NCBI GenBank assembly: GCA_010093995.1
Contig: ML992508.1
Coordinates: 1,102,483 to 1,166,482, forward strand
Length of the DNA: 64,000 nucleotides
Source of the DNA: Elsinoe ampelina
Taxonomy: Eukaryota
Reading direction: 5' to 3'
Shown: in pieces, positions 13,309-25,303 of the stretch
How the letters are laid out: each line of letters opens with the position of its first letter
Position numbering within the stretch: the first letter of the stretch is position 1
Made by a program: the position numbers and the translations under genes
The notes under the pieces: model-generated
Seen by the model: only the letters and a program-made list of their open reading frames with translations
What the model was told of the DNA's origin: nothing
Database searches by the model: none

Positions 13309-15300
13309 ATGGAAGACGACAAGGACACCCCCCCTCTCGAGTCGCCTCGGACTCCATCCCCCCCAGAGTCACCTGCAGAGACCTCTTCGCCCTCGCAACT
13401 CCCACCAAAGCTACCGCCGGGACAGAACATGGCTGGTTCAGCGACCAACGCCGGTATGACAGCCTCATCCACCCCTCTCGGCTCGCTGAATGCCGCCCGA
13501 CGGCCACCTCAAAGCACAATGAACAGAGCAGGAGGTGGATTGAATGCGGATCTGGCCGCGAGGATGAAGGCATTCCACCTCGGAAGAACAGGAGCACCAC
13601 CCGCGAACAGGACCCCGTCGAGTCCCGGCCCTAATGGCACCCAAGGACCCTCACAAGCACCAGCGGCAGCACCGGGAGGTATACCAAGTAACTTCAAACT
13701 ACCTCCGGGCATGCAAAGACCGAATCCGCCCTCATTCCAGTCTGCTCCGGTCGTGCCTGGACGAGGCCCACCAGGCCGGGGGCCTTCGCTGGCGGAGAAA
13801 CGTGGGCTGAAGTTACCTGGCGGGCTTCCCGGCGGACCCAGCGGAGCACCAGCTGGACGTCAAAAGCCAAAAATGTCCCTGGCTGATATTCATGGCAAAA
13901 GTGATGGTGTTGCTGCGCCTGCAGACGAAAGCAAGAAGGCGGCTTCGGGGCTGGACAAGTACAGCGACTTCATTGATAAAGAGACAGGATCATTACAGTT
14001 CAAAGGAAAGGCGATTCTCAATAGCAAGGGAGTGCAGTTTGCTTCTGGACAATCCTTTTCGATTTCTTTGGATGAGGTGGACACCCTCGATGAATTAGGT
14101 AAAGGAAATTACGGCACTGTCTACAAGGTTCGACATGCCCGGCCACAGATCCGACGGCCTGGCCAAGGTCTTGCTGGCAACAAAGCATTGCCGGGAAATG
14201 CACCACCAGGATCACCAAAATCGTCATCGGGTACAGGCGCTGTCATGGCAATGAAGGAGATCCGCCTCGAACTCGACGATGCCAAGTTCGCCGCCATCAT
14301 CATGGAATTGGACATTCTGCATCGATGCATCAGTCCCTTTATCGTCGACTTCTACGGTGCTTTCTTCCAAGAAGGCGCGGTCTATATCTGCATGGAGTTC
14401 ATGAATGGTGGATCCATCGACAAAATTTATGGCGACGGCGTTCCCGAAAATGTCCTCCGAAAGATCACACTCGCAACGACCAAAGGTCTGAAATCTCTCA
14501 AGGACGAACACAATATCATTCACCGAGATGTTAAGCCCACTAACATCCTCTGCAACAGCAATGGAGCTGTCAAGATCTGCGACTTTGGCGTCTCCGGTAA
14601 TCTTGTAGCAAGCATTGCAAAGACCAACATTGGCTGCCAAAGCTACATGGCCCCGGAACGGATCAGCTCTGGCGGTGTAGCCCAAGCGGGCGCCAACCCG
14701 GGTGGTGGCACTTATAGCGTCCAGTCGGACATTTGGAGTTTGGGTCTTACCATCATCGAATGTGCTTTGGGCCAATACCCTTACCCACCAGAGACCTACG
14801 ACAACATCTTCAGCCAGCTTTCCGTAAGTCTAACCACATATCATTTCAAGACTCGGTCACTAATTGGTTTCTAGGCTATTGTGGATGGAACCCCTCCCGA
14901 CCTTCCAGCCGACACATTCTCCGAAGCCGCTCGTAACTTCGTAGCAGGCTGTCTCAACAAGATTCCCAAACTCCGCCCGACGTACGCCATGCTGCTACAA
15001 CACGCCTGGCTCGCTCCGCTGGAGAGTATGAACGTGATCCAAGAAGAAGACGAAGCCGCGGCAGAAGCGGGAGAGCCAGTGACACAGCATGAAACGGCGG
15101 CAAAGAAGGAGGAGGAAGAGCTAGTAGACGAGGAGGGCAATCAATGGGTCGACAGGGAGGTGGGACTATGGGTGAGGGAGCAGTTGAGGAAGCGAAAGGA
15201 GGGGCTGCTAGGGAAGAGAAGACAGCCTGCTCTTCACGCGGCGCCCTTGGACGCAGTGCCGAGCCCGGTGAAGGTGACCGAGGGGGCAGTGGCTGTGTGA
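13309..15300 (+). CDS. PBS2: MAP kinase kinase of the HOG pathway
   Basis: Pro-rich N-terminus, then ELGKGNYGTV, MAMKEIRLELD, HRDVKPTN, and the PBS2-type activation loop DFGVSGNLVASIAKTNIGCQSYMAPERI. One intron at ~14824-14874. Confidence 0.96.
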
Positions 15301-15962
15301 AGAGCGGACATACACTCCGCAGGGTGATGATCAGGAAACATCAGGGGTGCGAACAATTATAGTGCGAGCCAGAGCAGCAGAGGGCGTCAAGCAGGCATAC
15401 GCGAATGAGAACAGGTCATGGAGGACATTGGGGTTTGCAGGAGATGGGAAAAGCGCGTAGAGCCATCAGCGCTCGTTTGTGCCCGGGCGGAGAAACGGGC
15501 AGGGAATGGCATAGAGGCACAGGCAACACAGCATACGGGGCAGCATCACTGAGCAGGGAGAAGGTCTCGCAGTTCGAGGCCGAGGGGATAGATAGAGGAC
15601 CCTGACGACATAGAGTAGGGAGGGGCATACGGGAAGATGCGGAGGAGGGAGTAGCGAAATGAGAAGGATCCCACTCCAACTTCTTCTTCTTCTCTTCACT
15701 CATGTGGGTCAATTCTTGAGGATTAAGTTGGTGAGATGTATGCCGTACATTGCTGCCAACTATACACACAGCCTATTCGCTTGTTTGATTCACCTCTGTT
15801 CTAGACAGGTAATGGTGCGCAACCGATTGCCCTCCCTCCCAATTCCCTTGACATGCAGTATTCCCAAGACATCCAGTCTGATATATGAGTGATGGTACAA
15901 AAAACGCCTGATCCCCATTCCGTGCTATGCAGTGATATCCAAACGACCCAAACGCACTCTGC

Positions 15963-16938
15963 TCAGACAGGCAAAACATGACTGCTCATCCTACTCCTCG
16001 CCATTGCCTTTGCCAAATCCTCATTGGTGAATATACTGTGATCCCCGGACCCCAAGCCTAGGTTAGATATGATGTGCTGACCGGCCGGACCGGAGTCTGC
16101 CTTGGACGCGGTAGACGACGGGTATTCCTGTCCAGGCCGGACGTGTTGATCTTGAGTTGGGAAATATCCATCGGAGGAAGAGGCGTTTGAGAGGTGAGAC
16201 ATGCGGGCGCGGTCGAGGTGGGTGCGGTTGTGGTCGTCGGTGGTGGCTGCTGGGCTTCGGGCCGGGGTGGGCTGGTCAACATGGATTTGCGGTGGTTTTT
16301 CGTTCGAGTTGACGCGTGATATACCAACTGGAGGGAGAGGATTAGTGAGGGGTTCGCAGGAGGTTTGGAAAGGAAATTGTGCAAAGGGTGTCGATGGTGG
16401 GGGAACGCACTTGAGCGGTCCTGGATGGGACAAAAACGGCAACAGTGGTCAACATACCATTCGCCACATCATCGTCTCCACTATGTTCTGGTTCGGGTTG
16501 GAGCTTCATTTGCTGTGCTATGCGGGCACTGTGTCGGAAACGCCGTTCTTGTCCACCAATGCTGCCATTCCGGGTTGGCGACACCACTGACTTTCGCCGA
16601 GCTTCCATGCTGTCCCTTCCGGCGCCTGCGCCTGATGGTCCGCTAACAGATTTGCGGCTCACCCTCGAGTTTCGTCGTGAAGGCAGTCGGGAACCCATAG
16701 GGCTATATAATGATACATGACTCCGCCTCTTCCATGATGAGCCAAAGTTGAATGATTCGAGCTTCTCCTTGTGTTCCTTCTTGACAGGTGCCCGGTATTT
16801 GGGTCGTGGCATAGGCTCGTCTGGTCGATACACGTTTGATGGCCATCGTTGCTCTTGAGCAATTGTTGGAGACGAGTGTTTTGAGGACGAGGGTGAACTC
16901 GATTTGAAAGCCTTCTTCAGCTTTTCTCTGAAGGGCAT
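15963..16938 (-). CDS. Conserved fungal hypothetical Ser/Arg-rich protein (2 exons)
   Basis: ORF MPFREKLKKAFK...YRPDEPMPRPKYRAPVKKEHKEKLESFNF...YSPMGSRLPSRRNS. Intron 16457..16328 (GTATGT...CTAAT...CAG) continues in frame to VGISRVNS...FTNEDLAKAM. Confidence 0.8.
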
Positions 16939-18583
16939 CTTTGCTACTACTGCGGAAGCCAGCTTGGCGGTGTGGTAGGAAGTTCGTGAGTGGTTTCCTG
17001 GTGAGGTCGAGGAAGTTCAGAAATGGTCGTGGGTGGAGATCTGTGGATTTGAGGATTGGAAGATAGGGTGTCAAGACGAACAGGCAGTGGCTGGAAAGTA
17101 ATTGGGAAGCGGGGTTTCAGAATCGATATAATGGCACCCAGATATTAATCGAGAACAGATGTTTCAACGCTGAACACTGGATAGAAAACGCCCGTTAGAC
17201 CGTTTGTTGAGACCGGCAAAGGTAGAGAGCAATGTCTCGCCGAGGGCGGGATTTCGAAGGACGATCAACAAGGAAGTACTGGCCGAGTTTTCCCCATGGC
17301 GAGGAAAGAGGAGGGAATGTCAATAGCCTGTATCAAGAGGGCCCATATAGGGTCGACGTGAGATGAGGTTGAGATGCGGGCAGATGAAATGTCACCCTCG
17401 GTCCAATGACGAATGAGCCCGAAAGTGGGCTGGGGAAGCCGCGCTTCCGCTGGAAAAACGTGGGGTTTGACAAAGCTTGAGTTGAACTTTTTCACAAAAC
17501 GAGCCACGCTACACTGTGCAGTGGTGAGCACACTTCTGCGACACCCGTCCCTCTCGTACTTCTTCTCTAGGTCGCATCTGAGGATGCTTCTAAAAAACAG
17601 CAGAAGAGACGCATCATTTACAGGCCTCGTGCGAGACCAACGGGCAACCTTCGCCAGACCGTGGCCGTCTTCGCTGGTTGTATCGTTCCATGATTCCTGG
17701 ACGAATCATGCTACTGGTCAAGCGAGACAATGAGCGTGAACCGTTGGACTCGATACGGTAGGTCCGTCAGTTCCTGCCTACTCCTTGCCATTGGCTTGGG
17801 AGAGCACACGCAAGACAACCAAAGCTTCACAAAAGTGTACACGGTCGGTAGCATCGACGTTGTAACGGCGACTTGTCTGACGCCTTCTTCGCTTGTCCAA
17901 GTTGTAGAATCAATGCTACACCGCCAATCGCAAGCAACAGCTGTAACCGGCCACCGGCACTCTTTTGAGACATTTCTGAGTCTAGCCCCAACGGGGCTGT
18001 CAACGAATCACGCTATGGCTCACACTATGGGAGGCTCTTCCTTCGTCACCAGCCACGGCTGAGACGCAGAGGCCACGAGGGAACCACAAGCAGATCTGCA
18101 GCACCGTCGTGGGAGATCCCGGAGATCGATTGATGAGCGACGGCCTTGACGATCCCGGCGCACATCATGGACTTTGCTTTTACCATGTCTGGACACCACA
18201 ACACCACCTCCCGCGCCAGTCCATTGCTATTTTGACGTAAGCGGAAACTTCATTTCTCCTTCTGTGGTGACAGCCGTGCGCCATTGTGGACCAAGGACAA
18301 GGCCAGTCCAGTTCTGGGAGAGTTTCATGGGCTACGAGTCTGATCAACCAGATCACCGGCGCCCGCGACACGGTTGGAGGACATGATGTCATGCCATTGA
18401 GCTCCCCGCGTCGTCTCAAAACTGCAACCCCCCTCGTCTCATCCCTGCACCCAATTTTTGATCCTGCTCCTGGGCTATTTACACTCCCTCGTCGTGCTGA
18501 CGACCTGATTTGACAAGTTTGTTCATCCAGCGGTCATTGTGATTTTTTCGATTTATTAGACAGATACCCGCATCTCCAGCAAG

Positions 18584-21500
18584 ATGCAGAAATTGAAGAA
18601 GATCCTGTATGTCGTCTGCGTCCATGACTCGTCGAATCGATGTACTGACTTGCACAGCAACCCCGGGTCTTTCAAGGATGATGAGATCATGTATGGAGAT
18701 GCAAATACTGGCAAATTGGCCGGTGAGGGATCCCACTTTGGTGGAAAGGAAAAGCCTTCTAGAGGATTCTCGAGGAGAAGCAAATCCAGCAAGTCACAGT
18801 CGCCCTCGCCAGCGCCACCAGTACCAGCCACGGATACGACTACTCCTAGCACTGAGCCGACAGAGCTGAGCTCGAAGAGTGCCGCCACGTCTACTGCTAC
18901 TCCGAATACTGCTCCAACAGCGTCATCTGCTTCACAGTCAAAACCTTTCGTCACTGACGGCGTGACTACCCAGCCTATTGAATCTAAGAGCGTACCCAAA
19001 CAGGATACCCTCCCGACTACGACTGCGAACACCGGTGGTCCAGGTAGCTCCTTGGCCGCAGATAACGCACGAACTGATAGGACCAAGAGTGACGTGTCTG
19101 GCAGTGTCTACTCCCAAGATGCGTCCGTGCCACCCAATGCCGGGACAGTAGATCACGGCAGTCATGACAACACCACTCGCAACACTTTGCTAGGCGCTGG
19201 GGCTGGGACTAGTGCCATTGGAGCAGCAGGTCTGGCCTCTGGCGCTTCTCGCGATCACGGAACTGAGCCGTCGACCTCCACAGCTCCTATCACCGCTACC
19301 GAAGAAGGCCCACCAAGGAACCTGTCAAGAGAGGAGAGGGAGATCCAAGACGCTACATACACATACAGAAGTTATCAGCTGAGCCCTACCAAGCCGCAAC
19401 GACAGGACTCGATGCCTGCTGTTCCTGGTAGATTTCCGTCGAACGATGGTACTGAGCCTCAAACGCAGTCAGCACTTCCTACTACTTCAGTACTGGGTGC
19501 CACAGCTCCAGGACCGGCGTCAACTACCATTCCTGAGGAGCCTTCGACGCCCACCAAGGCCAAGTCGCAAACTCCAAAGAAGGACGAAAGCCATTTGGGT
19601 AGGAACGCAGCCGCAGCTGGCGGACTCGGCGCGGCTGTCGCGGCCGCTTATACTGTCTCAGAGCACGACAAGGATGAGAAGAATGCCGTGCCGTCGCCCT
19701 CCACATCCTCCGTGCAGCCAGCTTCTGTGGATCCAGCTAGAACCGGACAGTCGTCCTCGACCGGTCCCGCACCGTCTCGAGCGGCAGCCGTGACAGCAGA
19801 CCCCGTCACTCCGCCCAAGCAAACATCTCCACCCGCATCCACTTCACAGCAGGCTACTAGCGCTCAACCGCCCACATATGTCTCGCCAGTTGAGCGATCC
19901 GAGCCCATCGCTTCTACCGCCCAGCAGTCCTCTACAGTCCCGGCTGCTGCCTTGGCTTCCACGGCGGCCCCTACTTCCGCAAGCCCTGCTGGACAGACTC
20001 AGTCTACAATTACGACAGAGACAACAAAAAACAATGCTCAAGACGATCATCACTACGGTCGAGACGCTGCCGCGGTCGGTGGTCTAGGTGCTGCTGCCGC
20101 TGGTGCCTATGCCCTTGCGAAGGATCATGATAAGGCGGAGCCAGTACAGTCTACTAGCTCCGCGTCTCCTGATACTGCTACACCAGCCCAGCAAGGTATT
20201 CCTCAACATACTTCCTCCAAGCGAGGAGGCTTCTTCGCCGGTCCCCAAGGTACTGCGGTAGGACCGTCCTCATCCAGTTCAGCCACCGCGTACAGCGAGC
20301 AACGTGCTACTCCGGTCGCGCCTCACAAGCCGGGCATGCAGGATGCCGCGGCTGCAGGTGCTGGTGGCAATTTGGGCACTGGTTCTTTCGATCCGCCTAA
20401 AGGCCAACCGAAAGCAGTGCACTCCTCCAGCCAGCAGCCATCTTCCGTCGCTCAACCTGAAAAGGACGAGTCTCACACAGGCCGCAACACTACCCTCGCT
20501 GGTGGTGCCCTTGCCGCTACCGGAGCTGGTGCATACGCTCTTCACAATCGTGGCAAAGATGATGATGTTCCTCCAGGAACCGCAATCTCTACACCTCCAG
20601 CGTCAGGGGCTACCCAGAGTACCCCTACTGCTTCACTCGCCCAGCCGAATCAACCTTCACAGTCCGCGACCTCTGCCCCGATCGCCACTCACGCCACACC
20701 GCATAAGTCAGCGCCACTCGCACCTGCCACGACTGGTGGCCCCATTACTCACGACAAATCGAGCACACCCAGCGACTCTACCAGGCCAGTCGAGGCTACT
20801 AAGGCCAAGGAGGACGAGTCTCATTTCGGCCGCAATGCTGCCATTGCCGGAGGCGCCGCTGTCGCAGGTGGTGCCGCTGCTCATGAATTGAGCAAGAAAG
20901 ATGAAGACAAGCTTGCCAAGGAACAGGCTAAAGAGGCAGAGCGTGCTGAGAAGGAGCATCAGAAAGAGCTTGCCCGTCAAGAGAAAGAAGCACAGCACAA
21001 AGCCGATCAGGACGCCAAAGCAGCTAAGAAGCAGGCTGAAAAGGATGAAAAAGCAGCAAAGAAACAAGCCGAGAAGGATGAGAAGGCAGCTAAGAAGCAG
21101 CATGAGAAGGATGAGAAAGCTGCCAAGAAGCAACATGAGAAGGAAGAGAAGGAAGCCAAGCACAAGGCAGAGAAGGAGGCTGCTGCTGCTGCGGCTGCTG
21201 CGGAGGTTGAGAAGAAGCGGCTCGAGAAGGAAAGGGAAAAAGAAGAAGAGAAGAAACGCAAGGAGGCTGAGAAGGAAGAGGAGCGCAAACGAAAGGAAGC
21301 CGAGAAGGAGGAAGAACACCAACGTAAGCTTGCCGCCAAGGAAGAGAAGCGGAGGAGCAAGGAGGTCGAGCGCGAAGAGAGCAAGGCCGAGAAGAAGAGG
21401 AAGCACCAGGAAGAAGCTGCTGCTCTTGCTGCCGCTGAAGCTGAACGGAAACACCACGAGGAAGAGACAAGAAAAGCCAACGAGGAGCGTGACAACAAGC

Positions 21501-22747
21501 TTCGTCAAGAAAAGGACGAGCGCGAACGTCAAGAGAAGCTGCAGAAGGAACGAGAGCACGAGGCTGACAAGGAAGAGAAGAGCAAGAAGCGACGCAGTGT
21601 TTTCGGTTTCTTGCACCGTGACAAGGACAGCAAGGATCGATCTCCTTCGAGCGAGCGTAAGCAGGAAGAAGATAATAAGCACAAGTCACACAACAAGGAG
21701 GTCGCCGCTGGCACCGCTGGAGTTGCTGGCGCTGGTGCTGCTGCTTATGCTCTTCATGAAAGGAACGAGGACAAGGCGAATGCAGCCACGACGAGTGGCC
21801 CCACTGGCAGCGCGATCAACGACCCAGCCGCTAGTCAGACAGCCGGTCCTTCCACTGCCCAAGACCCTCTACCCGGAACAGCTCAAACGACCTCGGGCAC
21901 TGCCGCTCCTAGTTCGACCGCTGCCAAAGATGCATCTGCGCCTAGCACGTTGACTGGTGCGGCTCCTGCTGCGGTCACCTCAAAGCAGGCGGTACCGGAA
22001 AGCTCTGCAACTGCGGGTCACAGCACTGGCGACAGTGCGACTGGTACAGGTCTTGGATCTCGGACAGAAGAGACCGAGAAAGACACCCATAGCAAGGCGC
22101 CTCTTGCTGCTGGTGCTGGTGCTGCCGCGCTTGGCGGCGGCGCTGCGTACGCTGCGACTCGTGGTCGTGATGACAAGTCACGTGATGTAGCTGAGCATGA
22201 TTCTGCCGCCCAGGCAACGACTGCACAGGCTGCAGACCCTGCAACCACCAAAGCTGACAAACATCACCATCACGACAAGCATGAGAAGCATGATGAGGAC
22301 GAGAAGGATGAGAAATCCAAGAAACGCCGCTCGTTCCTTGGGTTCCTCCACCGCGACAAGTCCAAAGATCGCGATGAGCGCAAGTCCAGCGACCGCGAGC
22401 GATCCAAGTCTCGTCACCGAGACCCAGCTGTCGCACCTGTTCCAGAGGAAAAGACCGACAAGCACGACAAGGTTGCTACTGCGGACCACGCTCCAGCTCA
22501 GACCACGCGCCCCAGGACACCCGAACAGAAAGAGACCCAACCGGAGAGTGCCACTGGAACACCCAAGCATGGTGGGAACTCTGATGGCGTTGGGCGACAC
22601 CACAGCAAGCTTCACAAGGACCCGCCGAAGAAAATTCAGCAAGAATTGGAGAAGAAAGCAGAGGAGATCAAGAGGAGGAGCTACGAAGAGAATGGAGCTA
22701 GGCACATGGGTACAGATGGCGAGGTTGGTGGACACCATCAATCTTGA
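18584..22747 (+). CDS. Large repetitive hydrophilic protein (Thr/Ser/Ala/Pro-rich, K/E coiled coil, repeated HxGRxAA..GA..AY motifs)
   Basis: 1387-codon ORF with codon-biased repeats. Probable in-frame intron at 18607-18657 (GTATGT...CTGAC...CAG) gives MQKLKKILNPGSFKDDEIMYG. No signal peptide or TM segment is visible. Confidence 0.85.
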   Translation: MQKLKKILYVVCVHDSSNRCTDLHSNPGSFKDDEIMYGDANTGKLAGEGSHFGGKEKPSRGFSRRSKSSKSQSPSPAPPVPATDTTTPSTEPTELSSKSAATSTATPNTAPTASSASQSKPFVTDGVTTQPIESKSVPKQDTLPTTTANTGGPGSSLAADNARTDRTKSDVSGSVYSQDASVPPNAGTVDHGSHDNTTRNTLLGAGAGTSAIGAAGLASGASRDHGTEPSTSTAPITATEEGPPRNLSREEREIQDATYTYRSYQLSPTKPQRQDSMPAVPGRFPSNDGTEPQTQSALPTTSVLGATAPGPASTTIPEEPSTPTKAKSQTPKKDESHLGRNAAAAGGLGAAVAAAYTVSEHDKDEKNAVPSPSTSSVQPASVDPARTGQSSSTGPAPSRAAAVTADPVTPPKQTSPPASTSQQATSAQPPTYVSPVERSEPIASTAQQSSTVPAAALASTAAPTSASPAGQTQSTITTETTKNNAQDDHHYGRDAAAVGGLGAAAAGAYALAKDHDKAEPVQSTSSASPDTATPAQQGIPQHTSSKRGGFFAGPQGTAVGPSSSSSATAYSEQRATPVAPHKPGMQDAAAAGAGGNLGTGSFDPPKGQPKAVHSSSQQPSSVAQPEKDESHTGRNTTLAGGALAATGAGAYALHNRGKDDDVPPGTAISTPPASGATQSTPTASLAQPNQPSQSATSAPIATHATPHKSAPLAPATTGGPITHDKSSTPSDSTRPVEATKAKEDESHFGRNAAIAGGAAVAGGAAAHELSKKDEDKLAKEQAKEAERAEKEHQKELARQEKEAQHKADQDAKAAKKQAEKDEKAAKKQAEKDEKAAKKQHEKDEKAAKKQHEKEEKEAKHKAEKEAAAAAAAAEVEKKRLEKEREKEEEKKRKEAEKEEERKRKEAEKEEEHQRKLAAKEEKRRSKEVEREESKAEKKRKHQEEAAALAAAEAERKHHEEETRKANEERDNKLRQEKDERERQEKLQKEREHEADKEEKSKKRRSVFGFLHRDKDSKDRSPSSERKQEEDNKHKSHNKEVAAGTAGVAGAGAAAYALHERNEDKANAATTSGPTGSAINDPAASQTAGPSTAQDPLPGTAQTTSGTAAPSSTAAKDASAPSTLTGAAPAAVTSKQAVPESSATAGHSTGDSATGTGLGSRTEETEKDTHSKAPLAAGAGAAALGGGAAYAATRGRDDKSRDVAEHDSAAQATTAQAADPATTKADKHHHHDKHEKHDEDEKDEKSKKRRSFLGFLHRDKSKDRDERKSSDRERSKSRHRDPAVAPVPEEKTDKHDKVATADHAPAQTTRPRTPEQKETQPESATGTPKHGGNSDGVGRHHSKLHKDPPKKIQQELEKKAEEIKRRSYEENGARHMGTDGEVGGHHQS
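21016..21150 (+). repeat. Coding tandem repeat, 33-bp unit (KAAKKQ[A/H]EKDE) x ~4
   Basis: AAKKQAEKDEK-AAKKQAEKDEK-AAKKQHEKDEK-AAKKQHEKEEK, with synonymous divergence between units. Confidence 0.9.
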
Positions 22748-23197
22748 TCAGATGATGACGTACAGGATGAGATATACCAATTTGCTTGTCGCGTTGCACT
22801 GTAGTAGTGAATTGCCTTGAGTTTTGGCAATAGCTTGCCATTAATATAATGATTGCTGCTTTGACCAGGATCCGAGGTGAAAAGGCGCCGTCAAAATCAC
22901 CGTCAACCAAGGGCATCGGACTTCCCCCCTTGGCGTACAAATAGCCGATCTCCCTCTCCCTCTCGCTTCTCCAAATCCTCCCGGCGTCATCTTACCGTAG
23001 CTGCGTAGATCTAGGGTTCTCTATTGGGCCCTCCTATGAAACGACCGGGCTTATTCAATGCTTCCTCAGCACTTTGACGATGGCCCTTGGGCGCCGATCG
23101 CCACCTCCAGCAGGAATGAGTACCCTAACCTTTCATACCAGCCATCTTTCACAATGTTACCTACTTCCCTCCTTGCCATTAACATTTGTCTCGCACA

Positions 23198-24907
23198 ATG
23201 TCGTCTCCTTCCAGCGAGGAGAAGGGAAATGGCTTCGTGCCCCGCCATGAGATATACAACAAAGCCGAGGGCTATATAGCCGATGTTGACGAATCACATC
23301 GAGGCAGCCTCAAAACCACCAAAGATGGACACACGGTGCTGATACCACAGCCGTCTGATGATCCCAACGATACTCTGAACTGGAGTGTCACCAAGAAACA
23401 CGTCGTCCTGTTCATTATCAGTTTTGCCGCTTTCTTGCCAGACTATGGCAGCGCTACAGGAGCAGTCACCCTGCTACCTCAAGCAGCGTAGGCCTTTCAC
23501 CAGAAGACATTGAGAACTTCAGCTGACAGCAACAGGCAATGGGGCATCACCGAAGATGAAGTCAACGCCTCCCAAGTCGGCAACGTCTTCATGCTCGGCG
23601 CCGGCGGCGTCTTTGTCGTCGCCCTCTCAGCCTGGATTGGCCGTCTCCCAGTTCTGTTCTACTTCCTCGTCATCGCGGCGGCAACAGCTGCGTGGAACGC
23701 CGGCGCTACGACCTTTGACTCATTCATGGCGTCGCGCATTCTGAACGGCTTTTTCAGCACGGTTGCTCAAGGTGGCGGACTGATGTTTATCTATGACATG
23801 TTCTTCTTTCACGAGAGGCCGAGGAAGATCAATATCTGGTCTGCTTTCATCATCTTGTCGCCGTACATGGGCCCGCTTTTGGCGGCATTCATCATCACCA
23901 CACAGGACTGGCCGATTGCGTTTTGGGTGTACTTTGTCGAAGTAAGCATGTTTCCGCAATGCGCTACTGACACGGCTGACACACAGTCCATAGACATGCC
24001 TGGCACTTATTCTCACTGCTCTGTTCGTTCAAGAGACGTACTACGATCGCCGTATCCCTGCAGCGGAGCAGCCAGACAGAGGCACTCGAATCCAATCACT
24101 GTTGGGCATTGCACAATATCGATCACGACACCACCGCAACACCTTCGCGCAGGCTATGCTACGACCCATCCGGGTTATTCTCAAGCCCGTCGTATTCCTG
24201 TCAACGGTCTACTACATCCTCACCTTTGCGTGGGTTGTCGGCATCAACACAACCCTCGCCATCTTTCTTACACCGCTCTACAACTTCGGACCAAAGCAGA
24301 TCGGCTTCTTTTACTTTACGCCCATCGTAGCAGCTATCCTCGGCGAAGTAGTAGGACACTGGCTCCATGACGGCATCGCGAAGCAATATACTAGGGCACA
24401 TGGCGGTCACTTCGAGCCCGAGGTTAGGCTCAGAGCCATGTATTTTAGCACGCCGTTCATGATTGCTGGACTGGTCGGACTTGGGTTTGCGCTGGAAGAT
24501 GCGTATCACTTCATGCTTACGTCGCTGTTCTGGGGATTGTACGTCTTTGGCATCATGATCACGACTGTGGCGTTGAATGCGTACTGTCTGGACAGCTATC
24601 CGGAAGCTTCAGGAGAGGTGGCCGCTTGGATCAATTTTGGTAGAAGTAAGTTTCTTCGCAACCTTCCACCATACTCATTCGTGGAAATTCGGCATTCGTA
24701 AACAGGAGACTGACTTGCATCACAGCGACCGGCGGTTTCATCATCAGCTACTTCCAGGTGCGCTGGGCAAACTCTTCGGGAACCAAGGTCAGCTTCGGTA
24801 CTCAAGCGGCCATCCTTGTTGCGGCTTTCTTGATCATCCTATTCTTGCAGTTCTTCGGCAAGAAGTTGAGGGTCAAGAGTGGGCCATTGAACTTCCCAAC
24901 GGACTAA
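23198..24907 (+). CDS. MFS transporter (DHA1-like, 4 exons)
   Basis: Motifs LIPQPSDDPNDTLNWS..KK, WIGRLPV, SRILNGFF, IYDMFFFHERPRKINIW, SPYMGP, QETYYDR, FEPEVRL, YCLDSYPE and FGKKLR. Introns at ~23488-23535, 23942-23993 and 24646-24725. Confidence 0.92.
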
Positions 24908-25303
24908 GCGTATTCATATAGTCTACAGTGAGGAAACGAATGCTACCTTCGTCGAGAGCCGGGGTCCGAGGGGGTGATGAGATCAGTACAGCAAAGGAAT
25001 GTAATGCAATCCCTGTAAAGACCTAATACTACTGATGATTCGTGATCAAGTACATGACGTGAGCAAACAAATAGTAATCTTTGCCATAGTCTTTCACATG
25101 CAGAAACACGAATACACGAGGTCCGAAAAGGTCTTCTCCCATTGGCCAGACCCTCGGCCATTCAACCTCGGCTCTGACACAACCGCGCTCAAGCATCATC
25201 ATCCATCACCAGGGACAATTCTCAAAAACCAACATGTAACATCACCGTCCCCTTTCCCAACCTCAACTCCTCAATCCCTCCCCACCACACCACCTCCCTC
25301 ACA

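Noticed and set aside
20708..21953. Long antisense and alternate-frame ORFs (324 aa, 350 aa)
   Set aside because: Shadows of the K/E-rich repetitive coding strand.
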